Below, in pieces: positions 59,829-64,000 of a DNA stretch of 64,000 nucleotides. The stretch spans positions 1,154 through 65,153 of the forward strand of contig JAEDCX010000003.1 of assembly GCA_016293925.1 (NCBI GenBank), written 5' to 3'. A model generated the notes under the pieces. The model was not told where the DNA came from, did no database searches, and saw only the letters and a list, made by a program, of their open reading frames with translations. A program made the translations under genes and the position numbers. Numbering within the stretch: position 1 is the first letter of the stretch; each line of letters begins with the position of its first letter. The stretch is from Lachnospiraceae bacterium. GTDB taxonomy: Bacteria; Bacillota; Clostridia; Lachnospirales; Lachnospiraceae.

Positions 59829-61391
59829 CTATCGGTCTTCCGTCGAATCACCGGGTGGCTCCGGCATGTCTCCAAAGTTCTCCGGCATGCCTCCGAATGG
59901 ATCCTGTTTCCCTCCGAAATGATCCTCCCTTTCTCCAAATCCTCCCGGATTGCCGGGTCTGCCACCGCCTCCCGGACGGCCCATCTGCGTTCCGCCAAAG
60001 GAAGTCACTTCCTGCCCGGTCTCTGTTATCCGTGTATTGATCTGATGAAGCGTGACCTCGCAGCTCTGCTCTCCGTCAAAGAGAATCTGATATGTCTCTC
60101 CCTGTATCAGAAGAGGGCTGCCCACGTAAATACATTTGTAGGTTTTCGCAGGAACAGCAGTAATCAGAACGTTCCCCTCCGAATCAGCGATCTCGCAGGT
60201 GGTTCCCGCGTCTTTGCCGCCTGTCAGATATACCATCAGACCCGGCTGGGTACTGGTATCACTGGTACACTGCGCCATTCCAGAATCTCCCGCCGCGATG
60301 ATGGTACCGCCCGACATCAGGAAATTCCTCTCATAATCAATGGAGGCGTTTCCGCTGTTGGTCGGACCGTAGATCTCCACGCTGCCTCCGGTCATCTCAA
60401 CATTCCCGTTAGAATCAAGACCGTCGCCGCCTACAATCATATAGATGTTGCCGCCGTGGATTCTCACATAATACTCATTCGTCTCGTCGGATGCCGCATT
60501 GATTCCGTCATCGGAGGATACCAGCCGGATATCTCCTTCCTCCACCGTAATCACTGCACCCTCCAGACCCTCGCAACAGCCATCAATCTGAATGGTTCCA
60601 CCGGCAACCGTCAGATTGAGATCGGAATGGAGTCCGTCATCTCCTGCATTGATCCGGTACGTACCAGACACCACCAGCATATCTTCATTGCAGTTCAGTC
60701 CATCTTCCTTTGACGTAATGGAACAATCTGCCTGTGCTACCACAAGTGTATCCTTGGAGCGGATTCCGTGACAATAGGCTCCCTCCACCGTCAGTTCCCC
60801 GCTGCCATTGATTACAAGATCATCCTTACTGAAGATTGCCGCCTTCTGCTCCTCCTCGTTCTCATTTCCGGAGAATACATAATCTGCCGTCTGACAGATC
60901 CGGTTCCGGGTTCCCTCCGTAACCGTAATGGTTGCCGTTCCGGCATTCTCGATATAGATGGGTGCCCCAAAAGAGCAGGTCAGATCTGCATTTTCAAGTA
61001 CAATCCGTACATCGCTGCCTTTCTCGGCCAGCACATGAATCTGACCGTCCGGCATGGTTCCTGTCACAAGATAGGTTCCCGCTTCCGTAATCGTCGCCAC
61101 CTGCTTGTCCACTGTGGCACCTGCCCCTGTTACCTGATAGGTTGAACCGTCTGCGGTAATCCTGCATACCTTCGTCTCATCGTATACCGTACTCAGATAC
61201 TGTTCGTAGGTAACCTCTGCGTTTCCTGTACCATTGCCGGATGCACCGCCTGCATCCGGATCCGCACTGTTTTCCACGCCCGATTCCTCCTGCGTATTCC
61301 GGGTATCCGTCTTTTCCTTTGTCACAGAGCAGGCGCACAAGGCTCCTATCAGACAGAACGCAAGGCCAGTCTTCAACCCCTTTCGTATCAT
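59829..61391 (-). CDS. lipoprotein with predicted parallel beta-helix / carbohydrate-binding-type repeats and Gly/Pro-rich tail
   Basis: Lipobox LIGALCAC. Repetitive I/V-x-G-G-T/S strands. C-terminal GRPGGGGRPGNPGGFG. Confidence 0.6.
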   Translation of the reverse strand: MIRKGLKTGLAFCLIGALCACSVTKEKTDTRNTQEESGVENSADPDAGGASGNGTGNAEVTYEQYLSTVYDETKVCRITADGSTYQVTGAGATVDKQVATITEAGTYLVTGTMPDGQIHVLAEKGSDVRIVLENADLTCSFGAPIYIENAGTATITVTEGTRNRICQTADYVFSGNENEEEQKAAIFSKDDLVINGSGELTVEGAYCHGIRSKDTLVVAQADCSITSKEDGLNCNEDMLVVSGTYRINAGDDGLHSDLNLTVAGGTIQIDGCCEGLEGAVITVEEGDIRLVSSDDGINAASDETNEYYVRIHGGNIYMIVGGDGLDSNGNVEMTGGSVEIYGPTNSGNASIDYERNFLMSGGTIIAAGDSGMAQCTSDTSTQPGLMVYLTGGKDAGTTCEIADSEGNVLITAVPAKTYKCIYVGSPLLIQGETYQILFDGEQSCEVTLHQINTRITETGQEVTSFGGTQMGRPGGGGRPGNPGGFGEREDHFGGKQDPFGGMPENFGDMPEPPGDSTEDR

Positions 61392-61428
61392 TTCAGAACA
61401 CCTCTTTTCGTTTTCTTTTTCCCATCCG

Positions 61429-62127
61429 TTACAGAAGTTCAATATTATTCTTCACCTCTCTGGCACATACAATATTCAGATTTCCGTTTCTGCAGCGGAT
61501 CGCATCGATGAATTCCTTCTCGGAAGCCCCGGCCTTCATACGGATCATGTATTTCAGTTCAAACATGCTTCCCAGATCGGTTGTCTTCACCTGTATCATC
61601 CGGTGACTGCTGGTATAGATATCAAACAGATCGTCGAAAATCGTTTCGTAATCCAAATCCTCGGGAATCGTGATTTTCAATTCCCGCTCCACATTCTTCT
61701 TTTCTCCGAAACGAAGAAGCTCCAGCAGAATCGAAGCCGCTCCGATCAGAATCAGGAACATCAGTGCATATCCGATGTAGCCCATACCGGTTGCAAGTCC
61801 CAGTGCCATGCTCAAGAATATCGAGCCGATCTCCTTCGCGGTTCCCGGCAGAGACCGGAAACGTACCAGGCTGAATGCCCCCATCACTGCAAGTCCTGCC
61901 CCCAGTCTGCCGTTTACCAGCATAATGACGATCTGCACAATTGCCGGAAGCAGTGCCAGAGTAATGACGAAATTCTTCGTATAATCGGTTCGGAACATGT
62001 AGAGCAGAGCAACAAGAACTCCCAGAATCAGGGATGCCACGGTACAGATCATGGCCCCTTCCAGTGTCAATGTTGTTCCTCCGTCCGACGTCAGATTCAG
62101 AACATTTTCAAATAGATGATTCAGCAT
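61429..62127 (-). CDS. DUF4956-like membrane protein
   Basis: 4 TM helices plus a C-terminal soluble domain. Overlaps the stop of the VTC-domain gene by 20 nt. Confidence 0.65.
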   Translation of the reverse strand: MLNHLFENVLNLTSDGGTTLTLEGAMICTVASLILGVLVALLYMFRTDYTKNFVITLALLPAIVQIVIMLVNGRLGAGLAVMGAFSLVRFRSLPGTAKEIGSIFLSMALGLATGMGYIGYALMFLILIGAASILLELLRFGEKKNVERELKITIPEDLDYETIFDDLFDIYTSSHRMIQVKTTDLGSMFELKYMIRMKAGASEKEFIDAIRCRNGNLNIVCAREVKNNIELL

Positions 62128-62884
62128 TTTTCTTTCCTCCGTTTTCTTGACGGTATCTTCTTCCGGAATAGTAGGTTCCGTATTTGCTGAAGGATACCGG
62201 ATATATCTTTGCTCTCGTCAGGATCTCAGTCAGCCACAGTGGCATGGCATCCGGAATCTTAATCTCCATGAGATATTTCTCCTCCGGCAGAATCGGCGTT
62301 CCCGCGTCTCCTGCGGCAAGATTCAGATTCTCTTCCCGGAAACGCATATTGGAATCGATGGTCAGCCGGATATCCGGATTCTCCTTTCCATAATAAGCAA
62401 TTCGGTCATAGGCGATATATATTCTGGGATGCAGCTGATACCTGTGAATCATAAAAGTAATCTCATTCAGGATCTGTTTCCCCTCGGGACTGTCTGTCAG
62501 CCCATCCCGGTCCTCCGGAGTTTCCTCTCCGCCAGCCTGGCTGGTAACACGGGAAAGATACTCTATAGCTCTGTCATAGGGTGCTGCAACCCTCCTTTTG
62601 TATACCATGCCCTTATACTTTTTCTTCATTTCCAGGAAGACGGTATCCTCCCCGCCGGGTATCCCATAACTCCTCAGCCGGAATTTCTCCTTATAAATCG
62701 GCTTTTCGATGGATGCCCGGATCAGATCATCCTGATCCGTATCATAATAGACGTTACAGATCGTGTGCAGCCCGTACCGATCGGCATTCATGTATGCAGG
62801 AATCGCTGTTTTCAGCGCTTCACATTGTTCCTCTGTCAGCAGATATTTCTTCTCAACCCTCCGGAATATTTTCTGGATTGCCAA
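62108..62884 (-). CDS. VTC-domain (polyphosphate-polymerase-like, CYTH-related) protein
   Basis: FRRVEKKYLL...YYDT...FRLRSY...LEMKKK pattern typical of VTC/CYTH tunnel folds. Confidence 0.7.
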   Translation of the reverse strand: MAIQKIFRRVEKKYLLTEEQCEALKTAIPAYMNADRYGLHTICNVYYDTDQDDLIRASIEKPIYKEKFRLRSYGIPGGEDTVFLEMKKKYKGMVYKRRVAAPYDRAIEYLSRVTSQAGGEETPEDRDGLTDSPEGKQILNEITFMIHRYQLHPRIYIAYDRIAYYGKENPDIRLTIDSNMRFREENLNLAAGDAGTPILPEEKYLMEIKIPDAMPLWLTEILTRAKIYPVSFSKYGTYYSGRRYRQENGGKKNAESSI

Positions 62885-63059
62885 CGTTTCACCCCCAACG
62901 TATATTACTTTGCTTTTCGTTGTTTCATTATATTACCACATTTGTGTCCATCCTGTGAAATTTCCTTGAAAAAACATTGACAAATGATTCCCTGCAAGAT
63001 ACAGTTTTCGTGTAAAGACAATGAAAAAATAGTTTGAGAAATAGAAAAGAGGACCTTAC

Positions 63060-64000
63060 ATGCCAAAGTTAAATGAGAATTATCTGAACCTGAAAGCCAG
63101 TTATCTTTTCAGCGAAATTGCACATCGTGTTGCTGCTTACTCGGAAGCCCATCCCGATCAGAAGATCATTCGTCTCGGCATCGGCGACGTGACACTTCCT
63201 CTTGGCGCCAGCGTCATCAAAGGACTCCACGAGGGAGTTGATGCAATGGCTTCCAAAGAGACCTTCAAAGGATACGGTCCCGAACAGGGCTACGAATTCG
63301 TCAGAGACGCCATCGTTGACTATTATGCCAGAAACGGTATTACCATCCACGCCAAAGAGATCTTCATCTCCGACGGTGCCAAGAGTGATACCGGTAATAT
63401 TACGGATCTGTTTGACCGGGACAACGTGGTTCTGATTCCGGATCCGGTATACCCCGTATATGTGGATACCAACACGATGAACGGACGTAACATCACATAT
63501 ATCAATGCCACCGCGGAGAACAATTTCCTTCCCATGCCGGATGAGAATCTGGCTGTGGATATCATCTACATCTGCTCTCCCAACAACCCGACAGGGGCGG
63601 CTTATAACAAAGAGCAGCTGAAGGTATGGGTTGATTACGCCCTGAAAAACAACGCGGTTCTCCTCTATGATTCCGCATACGAATGCTTCATCACAGATCC
63701 CACACTTCCGCGCAGTATTTTTGAGATCGAAGGTGCCAGAAAATGTGCCATTGAGTTCTGCTCCCTGTCCAAAACGGCAGGCTTCACCGGAACCAGATGC
63801 GGCTATACCATCGTTCCCACGGAACTGGAATTCACTGCATCCACAGGAGCTGTCATGAACCTGAACGCCATGTGGAACCGTCGTCAGTCCACCAAATTCA
63901 ACGGCGTATCCTATATTGTCCAGAGCGGAGCCGCCGCTGCTTTCACCGAAGAGGGAATGGCAGATTGTAAAAAGAACATCGCATATTACCAGGAAAATGC
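63060..64000 (+). CDS. dapL: LL-diaminopimelate aminotransferase (5' part, runs off the right edge)
   Basis: MPKLNENYLNLKASYLFSEIAHRV...IRLGIGDVT...CSPNNPTG...SLSKTAGFTG. Not in the ORF track because there is no stop in the window. TTGACA-17-TACAGT promoter upstream. Confidence 0.85.
   Translation, partial: MPKLNENYLNLKASYLFSEIAHRVAAYSEAHPDQKIIRLGIGDVTLPLGASVIKGLHEGVDAMASKETFKGYGPEQGYEFVRDAIVDYYARNGITIHAKEIFISDGAKSDTGNITDLFDRDNVVLIPDPVYPVYVDTNTMNGRNITYINATAENNFLPMPDENLAVDIIYICSPNNPTGAAYNKEQLKVWVDYALKNNAVLLYDSAYECFITDPTLPRSIFEIEGARKCAIEFCSLSKTAGFTGTRCGYTIVPTELEFTASTGAVMNLNAMWNRRQSTKFNGVSYIVQSGAAAAFTEEGMADCKKNIAYYQEN

Overview
This 64-kb window looks like a chromosomal segment from a Firmicutes/Clostridia (Lachnospiraceae-like) genome. 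That taxonomic call is inferred from gene content and SD/promoter style, not from a search. I support about 55 protein-coding genes, more than 80% of them on the minus strand. I found no rRNA, tRNA, CRISPR array, transposase or integrase.

Recognisable core genes:
- glnS and guaB.
- An aspS-gatC-gatA-gatB operon behind a T-box leader.
- An Amt-PII fusion gene with an attenuator-like leader.
- glnA followed by an ANTAR regulator.
- hslO, hisC, and a partial dapL at the right edge.

Other content:
- A cobalamin-riboswitch-controlled ECF transporter operon with DUF4430/transcobalamin-like surface proteins.
- Three c-di-GMP turnover proteins.
- An ECF sigma/anti-sigma pair.
- A PadR-linked ABC export locus in which one gene appears frameshifted.
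- A GH2 glycosidase.

Best candidates for uncharacterised biology:
- A translationally coupled pair of MutS-domain-V-only ATPases behind an alpha/beta-hydrolase-HAD fusion.
- A Zn-ribbon / DUF5685 / J-protein trio whose J-protein ends in a cysteine-string-like tail.
- A VTC-domain / DUF4956 / beta-helix lipoprotein cluster.
- A secreted Cys-rich surface protein.
- An unassigned structured-looking RNA region upstream of a nucleobase permease.

All family assignments were made by eye from motifs in the translations. No database search or RNA folding program was run. Start codons were re-picked from SD spacing and often differ from the ORF track.
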